A stretch of 64,000 nt of DNA. Source: Octopus vulgaris (lineage: Eukaryota). Within the stretch, counting starts at the first letter, position 1; every line of letters begins with the position of its first letter. Positions 39,836-52,659 of the stretch are shown piece after piece. Both the position numbers and the translations under genes were made by a program. Below the pieces are notes generated by a model. It saw only the letters and a program-made list of their open reading frames with translations. It was not told the origin of the DNA and searched no databases. The stretch is taken from assembly GCA_951406725.2 (NCBI GenBank), contig OX597822.1, forward strand, positions 97,836,001 to 97,900,000, given 5' to 3'.

Positions 39836-40200
39836 ATATGTATATATATATATGTATATATATATATATGTATATAGAAAATAGTAAAAAGTGAAACTAC
39901 AGAAGGCTTGTTTTAAAAGGTTAAAATGTATATATTTGAGTCAATATGTCTGAAGAATGTTATAAATTTTTTTCATACAATGACATAGTTTAGAAGAAAT
40001 GACCGGTTTCGCGGTCAATTAAAAGATGGACTGATGCCTTGTGAATTCAGCAAAAATGTTGAGACAGAAGTAGTGCTCGAAAGAGACATGGCTTATTGAC
40101 TGTGAGGAAGGCAGTTTCTGCATTGAGAGTAGTAACAGGGGTTGGTGCTGGGTGATAGCCGAAATACTTCTGTCTGTCTGTATCTCTCTCTCTCTATCTC

Positions 40201-41500
<1,300 letters not shown>

Positions 41501-41778
41501 TATATCTGTCTGTCTGTCTGTCTGTCTCTCTATATGTATATATATATATATATATATAAAATTAATTAAGGGTAGAAATCAATATTTATCAATTAAAACC
41601 AGTGGTCTAGCATATTGAAAAAGAATCCGAAGATTAAATATTTATATATACCAATTAAGGACTGAACACGAAAAAGTGGACAGTCAACATGCTAGATTTA
41701 TATATTCTCCACAAAAGATTATGTTCTCAAATCAAACTATAATAAACAAGTGAAAATATACGAAAAACAATACTTATC

Positions 41779-41841
41779 CATGTACTGAATCAGTTTCGAC
41801 TATTATTATCCGTAAGGATACCTGTAGTCTTCGTCAGCATG
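41779..41841 (-). ncRNA. Type-I hammerhead ribozyme, canonical core
   Basis: Minus strand: CATG-CTGACGA-A-GACTA...TAGTC-GAA-ACTG ATT CAGT-A-CATG; predicted cleavage after GUA. Confidence 0.88.
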
Positions 41842-42221
41842 GCCGATATAAATAATTTGCTGAACTAGATGCAAAAACGATATATCATCATGTGCGTGAT
41901 AACCTATTACATTCGAATGTATATTTCAAATGCCTTCCACTTTGGCATAGACCCGAAGAAAATAGCCTGCAGCTAATAATTATCAATTTATCGGTTATAT
42001 TTATTTTTTATATAAAATTAAGGGTATCAATATTTATCAATTAAAACCAGTGGTCTAGCATATTAAAAAGAATCCGAAGATTAAATATTTATATATACCA
42101 ATTAGGACTGAACGCGAAAAAGTGGACAGTCAACATGCTAGATATAGACGTCAAATCGCCATTCTCCACAAAGATTATGTTCTCAAATCAAACTCAACAC
42201 AAACCCAAGCAATATATCGGC

Positions 42222-42284
42222 CATGCTGATGAAGACTACAGGTATCCTTACGGATAATAATAGTCGAAACTGATTCAGTACATG
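42222..42284 (+). ncRNA. Type-I hammerhead ribozyme, canonical core
   Basis: CATG-CTGATGA-A-GACTA(caggTATCCttacGGATAataa)TAGTC-GAA-ACTG ATT CAGT-A-CATG; predicted cut after 42280. Confidence 0.9.
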
Positions 42285-42435
42285 TATAAGTATTGTTTTT
42301 CGTATATTTTCACTTGTTTATTGCTTGGGTTTGTGTCGAGTTTGATTTGAGAACATAATCTTTTGTGGAGAATGGCGATTTGACGTCTATATCTAGCATG
42401 TTGACTGTCCACTTTTCGTGTTCAGTCCTTAATTG

Positions 42436-42480
<45 letters not shown>

Positions 42481-42533
42481 GTTGACGATTTTTTTCCTCT
42501 GTCTTCCCTTCTCTGGATCTTTCCTTCTCCTAT

Positions 42534-42568
42534 GTTTCCGACGAAGAGCTCCGCTCGAAACGTTAAAC
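42534..42568 (+). ncRNA. Minimal hammerhead motif, variant core CCGACGA
   Basis: GTTT-CCGACGA-A-GAGC TCC GCTC-GAAA-C GTT-AAAC; lies within a short repeat 42479-42661 bounded by (TA)n. Confidence 0.7.
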
Positions 42569-42661
42569 CCTCCTTCTTCCCTTCTGTCCTGAGCGTCCAA
42601 TAATACTATATTTGTTCCACGTCCTCGCGTGGTTGTGTTTGTGTTTTCTTGTTTGATTAAC

Positions 42662-42868
<207 letters not shown>

Positions 42869-43152
42869 AGATAAGCATGTATGTGTGTATACATACAGCT
42901 TATCGATCTCTGCGCACGGCAAAATTTCGAAGTCACTGACATTTTGCTTGTAAAAATAAACTTGCAAATCTACTTAAATGTATTGCGATCCTCCATTTAG
43001 CATTCGGTATGTTTATGCGTGATTGTACATTAAGACTCGCACATATGTGCATTCATACCCATTCACATACATACAAATAAAATACTTACATACCTACATA
43101 TGCATATTCATATATACTAACCCATGCACTCACACACACACAGGCGCACAAG

Positions 43153-43185
<33 letters not shown>

Positions 43186-43707
43186 CTGTGTGTTATATTC
43201 GGAGAGGCATTTTTACTATTGGTCATATTGATTTATCGATTGCATTTGCCAAACAGATAGCTTCAATCGTCTAGTATTGATACAGTTATGCTCTGATGGA
43301 TTTTTTAAATAATTTTATGTATTTTAGCATTTTGTATTCTTTTTATTGATATTTGTTTTTAGTGATGTGCTTCCTGGATAAAAATTGCTTTTAAGGAATT
43401 TTGCGCTCATGTTTTCTATTTCTTTCGAATTTTAAAATATATTTTCTGTTTTAGATAGAGAAATATTCTTGTCGGTAAGGCATGTGGCTACTTTCTCCTA
43501 GTTTAGGAGTTCGTGTCCTCAGTTTGTCATGTATTTTTGCTTTTATTTACAAGCAGCAACTTTCTTTATCAAAAGCTTTTCCCAGTTCTTAGCTCACGTT
43601 TTATCGACAGCAAATTGATGCTGCTTTGTGCACACAATTTTCTACTGCATGTGAAAGTACCTGGTCTTGCGATCTGGGTGCGAGGTTCATGATCATATGA
43701 CCCATGA

Positions 43708-43878
43708 GCTGTACCGTCTAAAAGCATGGGCACACCGGGCAATTACCTAAGGGCATATAGCTTTTAGGGGCCCAATTCTGATTAATGTATGCGGCGGCTT
43801 ACTTTCAGTAAATAAATATTATATGACCCTGTGCATTTACTTGCCCAGGGATCTACGATGTTACTAAGTCAAACCTGT
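43708..43878. mobile_element. Possible decayed hAT-like MITE inside an old SINE
   Basis: Weak terminal complementarity and repeated TGCCCAGGG/GGGCCC-like subterminal motifs; no clean TSD. Confidence 0.35.
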
Positions 43879-44220
43879 ACATAATGTCCCTGAGTAAGGT
43901 GCTTCACTTCACATTACTCCAGTTTATTCAGTCCAAGAATGAGTACCAAACGTCTGCCGGAGCAGCCCCATTCTCCCTTCAGTAGACAAATGCATAATGA
44001 TCCATTACGCCAAGAGTGAGAGGATCGTGAAGAAGTTTATATCTGTTTGTAAATACGTTTGGTATCTAAAAACAGTTAACAAAAGCATGATTCATTCTGC
44101 CAGAGTAATATTCGCTCGTTAATTGTGACTATATTACATTTTATTATCCGCTGCAGGCTATCACTTGTTATACTTGCATTCTACTGCTCTGCTTATTGCA
44201 GGAATATTAAACGTGAATTA

Positions 44221-44638
44221 GCCTATTTCTTTATTACCCACAAGGGGCTGAACATAGAGGGGACAAACAAGGACAGACATAGGTATTAAGTCGATTACAT
44301 CGACCCCAGTGCGTAACTGGTACTTAATTTATCGACCCCGAAAGGATGAAAGGCAAAGTCGACCTCGGCGGAATTTGAACTCAGAACGTTGCGACAGACA
44401 AAATACCTATTTCTTTATTACCCACAAGGGGCTAAACACAGAGGGGACAAACAAGGACAGACATAGGTATTAAGTCGATTACATCGACCCCAGTGCGTAA
44501 CTGGTACTTAATTTATCGACCCCGAAAGGATGAAAGGCAAAGTCGACCTCGGCGGAATTTGAACTCACAACGTTGCGACAGACGAAATACTGCTATGCAT
44601 TTCGCCCGGCGTGCTAACGTTTCTGCCAGCTCGCCACC
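44221..44638 (-). mobile_element. Dimeric SINE family A (184-bp internal tandem) with one TSD
   Basis: TSD TTAAACGTGAATTA (44207-44220, 44639-44652); both units share private variants. Confidence 0.95.
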
Positions 44639-45220
44639 TTAAACGTGAATTAACCATTCACGCACTGAGCTTTAAACCCGCGGCATCAGTATTTACATTA
44701 TTCTGCTGGACGACACATCCTGTTATTTTGTCATTGCTATATTTAATCATGGAAAATATTTTGTGAAGTTTGTCTTTTTATCGTTACATTTGTCGGTATT
44801 TTGGTATCGCGATTGAATTCCTACAAGATCGACTGATCTTTTATGATTTCACTAACAGAATTATTACTGTCTGTGATTCTTTGAAATTTCTAAAACAAAT
44901 TTAAATAATGCATTAGCCGTTGTCGTTAAAGAGGAGTACAACTGTTTTTAATTTTGTTTAAATGACAGTTTATTTTGAATTCAACTATTTTATCGTTGCG
45001 TTAGATTTGTAATTTACTTCCATTATGTCCTGAGGTGATCTTCTATACAAACGGCAAATATCTCAACACATCTCTTTTCTAACACAATCAATGATAATAG
45101 ACTAAAGATTACAACTTCTCACCTGTATATCATATGCAAGAATAAATAATTTTACATGCAATTACCAGCCGCCACTAAACCACTAATAATAGTTTAAAGC
45201 TAACACCATGACAAGTCAGA

Positions 45221-45292
<72 letters not shown>

Positions 45293-45719
45293 ACACATAC
45301 TCACACATACACACATCCATACCCTCGCAGCCATGATAACCTGCCTCTAATGAAAGCGTAGAGTTTACAACTTTACAAGTCTAGCTGCATGTAGAATACA
45401 CATATATATATTCATTGAACAGCCAATATACATATGTAATTTATTTTTTTCAATGTAAAAATGTATCAAATGAATTAGGCACCTATTTTACGCCACAAAA
45501 TGTTCCATAATGATACATGGTGTCTACTTTCACCGCGATCTCTTCTTTCTGGTTATCGATTCATCAGCATGTTTTCTGCTGCTAAGAAGCCATGACTTCT
45601 CATATCTTTCAGGGTTCAGATTTGATATGAGAAGCTGATACCAACTTAATAATAAGAAGAGTTAAAATATGATCGATTTGAAGTTTTACACATTGTGCTG
45701 ACTTACAGAAATTGTTGAT

Positions 45720-46108
45720 TTCAAATGTTAGCACAAGACCAGTAATTTTAGGGAAGAAGTAAGTCGATTATATCGACTCAAGTACACAACTGGTACTTAT
45801 TTTATCGACCCGAGAGAATGAAAGGTAAAGTCGACCTCGGCGGAATTTGAACTCAAAACGTAAAGACGGACGAAATGCCGTCAAGAATTTTAACCCGGCT
45901 TGCAAACGATTGTTATTTCTTTATTGTACAAGGGGCTTAAACATAGAGGGGACAAACAAAGACAGACAAACGGATTAAGTAGATTATATCGACCCCAGTG
46001 CGTAACTGGTACTTATTTAATCGACCCTGAAAGGATGAAAGGTAAAGTCGACCTCGACGGAATTTGAACTCAGAACATAACGGCAGACGAAATACCGCCA
46101 AGCATTTC
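45720..46108 (-). mobile_element. Two SINE family A units
   Basis: Cores at ~45805 and ~46020. Confidence 0.88.
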
Positions 46109-46283
46109 ATAAATACTGATAGGGCACAGAAAGTGTGTCTATAGCCAGCTGGAGGAGGTGTCTTCCTGGGGCTACAAACTATAGTAGCATCCACCCTTAG
46201 GGGTTAGCCATATTCAAATGGCAAATATACGTATTTAAAATATGTTGCCTGCATATTTTAGATGGTGTGAGCATACATAATCA

Positions 46284-46701
46284 GTTTGAACGGCAGTTTT
46301 TTCTAGCGGTGTGAAATGAAATTGTCACCCATAATTATGACCCTAGTATCGATCTATTGCATTTCAATCTGTTTTAGGGTTAGGGTTAGTTAGGGTTAGG
46401 GGTGGGGAGAAGGGTATATTTTTTTCTTCACAAATGAAAATAAACCCAATCTGTTTCTTAAAGGAGGGACATATTCATATGGCAGAGAATGTTTTTTAAC
46501 TCAATAGACGTCACTGATTGGTTCAAATTGCAGAAATTGAAGAAAAAAAACAACAAATATCTTACAAACTATAGAATTTTCTCAATAAAGCCAAGAGAAA
46601 AAGATGTTTTATAAACACATTCTACCAGTATACGTAGTTTAAATTTTTTTAGTTACCTAGAAATTATGTTAAAAAAACTGCCGTTCAAACCGAAAATATC
46701 C
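46284..46701 (+). mobile_element. TTAGGG-containing MITE, left TIR clipped
   Basis: GTTTGAACGGCAG ... CTGCCGTTCAAACCGAAAATATCC; TTAGGG repeats at ~46374-46402. Confidence 0.9.
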
Positions 46702-47840
46702 TAAAAGATACATCGTGTGACTGTAAAGAGTGATGTGTGTTCGGATAAAGAGTATAGCGTGTCATGGCAAAGGAATAAAGGAATCTGTGTTAGTGTAAAT
46801 GATACAATTTAGTGTATTACTGTAAAGAGTAATGTGTGCAATCGTAAAGAATGATACATGCTAGCGTAATGGATACAGCATGTAAGTCTCAATGACACAT
46901 CATGTTAACTTAAAGGATACTACAACATGTTAGTATAAAAGTTACAGAACTTAAACTTGAATGATACAGTATGCTAGCTTAAAGGATACAGTATGTTAGT
47001 GTAAGGGAAATGTGTTTGTATGAAGGATGTATGTGCCAGCGTAAAGAATGTAATGTGTTAGGATAAAGAATATGTGTTAGCATAAATAATTTAGTGTGTT
47101 AGGATAAAGGATATAATGTAAAGGATATACGTTAAAAAGAATTCATTGCGCTAACGTGCAAAATATAGAATGGGGATCTTTTCGGTTTGACCGGCAGTTT
47201 TTAAAATAATTTCCACGTAACTAAACACTTTTAAACTTCGTGTACTGGTAGAATGTGTTTATAAAACATCTTTTTCTCTTGGCTTTATTTAGAAAATTCT
47301 ATAGTTTGTAAGATATTTGTTGTTTTTTTTCTTCAATTTCTGCAATTTCAACCAATCAATGACGTTTATTGAGGTGAAAACATTCTGTGCCGTATGAATA
47401 TGTCCCTCATTTAAGAAACAGATTGGGTATATTTACATTTCTGAAGAAAAAAAGATACCCTTCCCCCCACCCCTAACCCTAACCCTAACCCTAACTGACC
47501 CTAACTCTAACCCTAACCTTAAAACAGATTGAAATGCAATAGATCGATACTAGGGTCATAATTATGGGTGACAATTTCATATGACACCGCTAGAAAAATC
47601 TGCCGGTCAAACCGAAAAGATCCTAGAATGGTAACATAAAGGATACAGCGTGGTAGGGAAAAAGATATATTGTTATCGTAAAAGATATAGAGTGCTTGCG
47701 TAAAGGATAAACAAGTTGGCGCTAAGGATACAGTGTAGTAGCGCAAAAAACGCATTGTTTTAATGCAAAGGATACAGTGTTATTGGTAGGGGTGATTGCG
47801 TCTCAGTGTAAGGAATATAATGGGGGAGCGTAAAGTGTGC
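46702..47840. repeat. Degenerate ~22-25-bp minisatellite (TGTTAGYGTAAAGGATACAG-like), interrupted by a MITE
   Basis: Recurring GTTAG.GTAAAGGATACAG variants on both sides of 47174-47623. Confidence 0.75.
47174..47623 (-). mobile_element. Complete TTAGGG-containing MITE, 450 bp (Merlin-like)
   Basis: Perfect 24-bp TIR GGATCTTTTCGGTTTGACCGGCAG; 8-bp TSD TAGAATGG (47166-47173, 47624-47631); (CCCTAA)n at ~47471-47518. Confidence 0.95.
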
Positions 47841-47933
47841 CAGATAATTCTTTAAAAGCAAAACAATCAAACAAGCAAGCAAAAAAAAAAAAAAGAACAA
47901 AAGATGGACACAAGGAACGGCTCTCCTATCTAA

Positions 47934-48273
47934 GAGGGTAAAGACCCCCTTCGGTCATGAATGACCATGGGATTGCACCTAGAAAGTTACCCTCCTAGAC
48001 ACAAGTCCGGGCAAGGTTGTTTATGGAAGACCAGCAGTCGCCCATGCATACCGGCCTCCCCTCTCCACGCCACCAGTGTTATCCAAGGGAAAGTCAAAGG
48101 TCGATACAGCTTGGCACCAGTGACGTTGCAACTCATTTCTACAGCTGAGTGAACTGGAGCAACGTGAAATAAAGTGCCATGCTGAAGAACACAACACGCA
48201 GCCCGGTCCGGGATTCGAGCTCACAACCTCACGATCGTAAGCTCGACGCTCTAACCACTGAGCCATGCGCCTT
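47934..48273 (-). mobile_element. SINE family D, full length
   Basis: TSD CTATCTAA (47926-47933, 48274-48281). Confidence 0.94.
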
Positions 48274-48436
48274 CTATCTAAATATAATATTATCACTGAA
48301 CACATGTCAGATGGATTACACCATTCATTATTGCGAACACTTTCACTAATCCCTGACTATTAGAACCAGTCTCAACATAATATTGCTTTCACGTAGTAAA
48401 TCTGATTTTTACCGACAAACCACGTGCAGACAAGAC

Positions 48437-48661
48437 TCTCTTTACTCTTTTACTCTTTTACTTGTTTCAGTCATTTGACTGCGGCCATGCTGGAGCACTG
48501 CCTTTAGTCGAGTAAATCGACCCCGGGACTTATTCTTTGTAAGCCCAGTACTTATTCTATCGGTCTCTTTTGCTGAACCGCTAAGTAACGGGGACGTAAA
48601 CACACCAGTATCGGTTGTCAAGCAATGCTAGGGGGACAAACACAGACACACAAACACATAT

Positions 48662-48702
<41 letters not shown>

Positions 48703-48851
48703 TACGACAGGCTTCTTTCAGTTTCCGTCTACCAAATCCACTCACAAGGCATTGGTCGGCCCGGGGCTATAGCAGAAGACACTTGTCCAAGATGCCACGC
48801 AGTGGGACTGAACCCGGAACCATGTGGTTGGTTAGCAAGCTACTTACCACA
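48437..48851 (-). mobile_element. SINE family C
   Basis: (CTCTTTTA)n tail on plus strand; family C body. Confidence 0.95.
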
Positions 48852-49077
48852 CGAAGGAAAAAGAAAAACCTTAGAAGAATAAATCACTACATCCCGTAGT
48901 GATCACAGTAAGCACACTCCAAATTGTTTAAGCAACAATATACACACAGATTTATAATATGGAGATACATACCACACGTTCATATACGCACAAAGTGAAA
49001 AGAAATCACGATATTTCGTATGAGAGACACCGTAACGTACACTATAAAAACACTCTGGACATTTACTCCACATACTA

Positions 49078-49473
49078 TTTTACTTGTTTCAGTCATTTGA
49101 CTGAGGCCATGCTGGAGCACCGCGTTTAGTCGAGCAAATCGACCCCCGGGACTTATTCTTTGCAAGCCCAGTACTTATTCTATCGGTCTCTTTTGCCGAA
49201 CCGCTAAGTGACGGGGACGTAAACACACCAGCATCGGTTGTCAAGCAATGCTAGGGGGACCAACACAGACACACAAACACACACACACACACATATATAC
49301 ATATAAACGACAGGCTTCTTTTCAGTTCCCATCTACCAAATCCACTTACAAGGCATTAGTCGGCCCGGGGCTATAGCAGAAGACACTTCTTGCCCAAGGT
49401 GCCACGCAGTGGGATTGAACCCGGAACCATGTGGTTGGTAAACAAGCTACTTACCACACAGCCACTCCTGCGC
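49078..49473 (-). mobile_element. SINE family C, full length
   Basis: Ends CACAGCCACTCCTGCGC on the plus strand (SINE head). Confidence 0.95.
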
Positions 49474-49602
49474 ATTTTAATTACATATACGTGTGCAGAT
49501 CTTTTTGTACACCCATACACGCGCGCACACGAACACACACACACAACACACACACAGATACACACAAACACACACACACACACAAACACACACAAACACA
49601 CA

Positions 49603-49653
<51 letters not shown>

Positions 49654-49799
49654 TCTGTCTCTCTCTCTCGCAATATTTAGGAAAACGGAAACAAAGCAGA
49701 AAGCAGAAATTTTTTTTTTATTTATCTCGTTAATAACTGTGCTAAACTTATGCAGCATAACTATTTCTTTACATCTTGCTCTACTGTACGCATGGACAA

Positions 49800-52620
49800 A
49801 CAGAACAAAATTGCTACGGTGACACCCATGGATCAAATGTGTGATAAAACTGATCGATATTCCAAAATATAACATTGCCCAGAAAATCACGCCTGTCATC
49901 TGTGTACAAAACCCGAGAATTCCTTCTGAAACCGATGGGTTGAATGTGGTAAATGTCGTGTTTCTGTCTGCCTTCAATGTGCCACAAGCTTTCGAAAGAT
50001 CCCAGGTAAAAAAAAAAAAAAGAGACACCATATTTCTATGATAGATGGGCTGTAGGAAATGGTCTAGCTACCGAATTGGTCCTTTCAGTACCTGGTCTGT
50101 GTGTCTGCCTCTACCATGGCTGTTGGACAGCAACAACAACAACAAAAACCGACGACCGTGTCTCTCTTTACCATTCAACGGCAAAAAACTTACCAGCGTG
50201 GTTTCCGCTACCACTTCTGCAGAAGAACATTATCAACAACAGCAACCCATGTCTTTCTCTTGCCTTACCTCTCAACAACAACTGACGACTGTGTCTTCCC
50301 CTACCATTCCTATTTCTTTACTATCCTCAAGGGGCTAAACATAGAGAGGACAAACAAGGACAGACAAACGGATTAAGTCGATTACATCGACCCCAGTGCT
50401 TAACTGGTACTTATTTAATCGACCCCGAAAGGATGAAAGGCAAAGTCGACCTCGGCGGAATTTGAACTCAGAACGTAACGGCAGACGAAATACCGCTAAG
50501 CATTTCGCCCGGCGTGCTAACGTTTCTGCCAGCTCCCCGACCATTCCTGTTGAAGAACATCAACAACAACAACAACAACAACAAAATTTGACTGCGGAAA
50601 GGATATCTGCATTAAGCCGAGAAATAGCAGAAGTCAAATCGTGCGTTCGTGTTGAAAACCCATAATGAGGGAGCGCCATGCTAAAAAGTTTCCCCGTAGG
50701 TCTTGTCGAATCTAGATGCACCGAGAAAGCCACTGAATCTATCAACTACGAAGAAATTGCCATTGTTGCATCAGAAGACATAGCTGACTTGACATTTGCT
50801 GCCAGCTCATCCAAAGGCCTTGGCTGTGCACCCTCGAAGGGTGCTCTCCGCCTTGGTCGACTCTGCTAATCAGACTAATCAGGCTGTCTTTTGCAAACTT
50901 TACTGAGGCACGTTCATATTTTTAGCCTCTAATAAAGCTAGGCATGAAAATAGGATTACATTTAGAACACGCCCTGGTCTACCACCTGATGTACGTCGAA
51001 AGCTACATGCTGCAGCCTCCTTAACTCGTATCTCAGTGCAACATGAAAGCTTCGGCCTACGTGATGATGGGCAGATATGGAAGTTTATTAAAGCTGGTGA
51101 AACATGGAAAAGAGATACCAGCTGGTCTGAACACACTGTACCCACAAAAGCAGCGCTGGCAAATAAAAAAAAAACTGTGGGAAACTAAATCAGGCAAACC
51201 TGGCATCCCCTACACATTATCATAAAATGAAATCAAGTTATAAATTGTTGTCCTTAAATGGTAGTTTGTGCAACAAGATATATCTTTTTGATTCGTATGT
51301 TAAAAGTATCGACCCCAATTTCATTACAGTCACGAAAACATGGGTATATTCCTTACTTTGTGTTGGAGTTTTCAGAATAGCTGGCTACAATTTGTTTCGC
51401 AAAGGCCACATTAATCGTTGTGGTGGTGATGTGATGGTCTACGCTCGTTCAAACTTTTCAGCAATTCCTTGCGTTGATGTGAACCAATCACAAGAAGTAC
51501 TTTCTGTAATATACGTATGACCATGTCAACATATCTACTTGGAGTAGTTTACCGCCCTACAAATTACCATCAGGACACACAACTTTGTGATATCCTCAGA
51601 ATTGCCGCCAGGAAAACAGTCGCTCATATATTTTATTGCAGGCGACTTCAATCACTCTCAGATTGACTGGAAAAACCTTTCGTTGGCCGCAAAGTGCAAA
51701 CGATTTCCTTGAGCTAGTGCTGGATTCGAACTGGTTCCAAGTAATCAACTCCCCAACAAGAGGCGACAATACTTTGGATCTACTCTTTATCACTACACTT
51801 GAAACTGTTATTAGTGTTACTACTCAGGAACCCTTAGGCTACTCTGATCATGCTATGATCATTGCCAATATGTCCCTTATGGGCAGTAACAAAGACCACA
51901 ACCATCTCCAAACTGTTCGTTTTGACCGGAATAAAGCAGGCTGGAACTCTTTCTACAACATCCAAACTGGCTGGAATTTTACGACTCTGGAGATATGAGC
52001 ACTAAACTTCAGAACATCCTGAACTCAATGTGGACAGCATGTGCAGCATCAGTACCACGTAAGCACAAAAGACATCACAAAAGTGCAATTTGGGAGACTG
52101 CAGCAGTCAGACTTGCCAGGAAATAATGTCGTAATGCTGAACGGGAATACAAACTGCATAAATCAGATATAAACAGAAAAAAGCGCGATAAATTATCCAA
52201 CTGTTTCAAGAAGATGACAAAATGGGCAGTGCTTGAATTTGAATAGCGCATAGCAACCAACCCTGACGGTAAGGTGTTCTGGAAATATGTACATTCAAAG
52301 CAGAGACCTCTTTCTCCAGTAGGTTTTCTTCGCAATTCCCAAACAAGCTAGTTTACTGATGATCCCAAAGAATGCGCAGAACTCATTGCTGAATGTTATG
52401 CATGCATTTTTACTGTTGAAAACCAAAACGCACCATCTGCACCACCTCTGACATAAAATTCTATAACAACTATGGAAATCGTACCTGTAATGCTGCGACG
52501 TTACCTTAAGAATAAACACAACAACGCCTCTCCTGGTCTTGATGGTGTTACGTACCTGCTTCTCAAACGTTGAGGGTACTTTCTTCTGCAGCAACTTTCA
52601 TAACAACGGTGCTACACTGG
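49800..52620 (+). mobile_element. Decayed CR1/L2-group LINE: PHD-like ORF1 plus APE endonuclease, truncated at start of RT
   Basis: ACHLCTKPENSF*NRWVECGKCRVSVCLQC (~49891); RLGRL; APE motifs ITVTKTW, GYNLFRK...GGDV, GVVYRP, IAGDFN, PTRGDNTLDL, GYSDH; SPGLDG (~52530). Confidence 0.85.
50312..50539 (-). mobile_element. SINE family A inserted in LINE ORF1
   Basis: TSD ACCATTCCT (50303-50311, 50540-50548). Confidence 0.93.
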
Positions 52621-52659
52621 AGCAGTGGAAAACTGCGAGTGTCGATCCATGACATGGCT

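Larger units (their letters stand above)
41558..42435. mobile_element. PLE-type repeat: partial tandem (41560-41740 / 42015-42195) plus inverted segment (42213-42435)
   Basis: Direct repeat AATTAAGGGTA...ACCAGTGGTCTAGCATATT; the inverted segment matches 41652-41850; two hammerheads; (TA)n on both sides. Confidence 0.85.

Noticed and set aside
39995-40030. Minus-strand GCGAAACCGGTC resembling the 3' half of the 62.1-kb hammerhead
   Set aside because: CUGANGA half absent; at best a decayed remnant.
45535-45572. CATGCTGATGA...GAAA on the minus strand as a hammerhead
   Set aside because: No convincing stem II, stem III or closing stem I.
46702-47840. Periodic repeats as a CRISPR-like array
   Set aside because: Degenerate tandem units without unique spacers; eukaryotic context; no cas genes.
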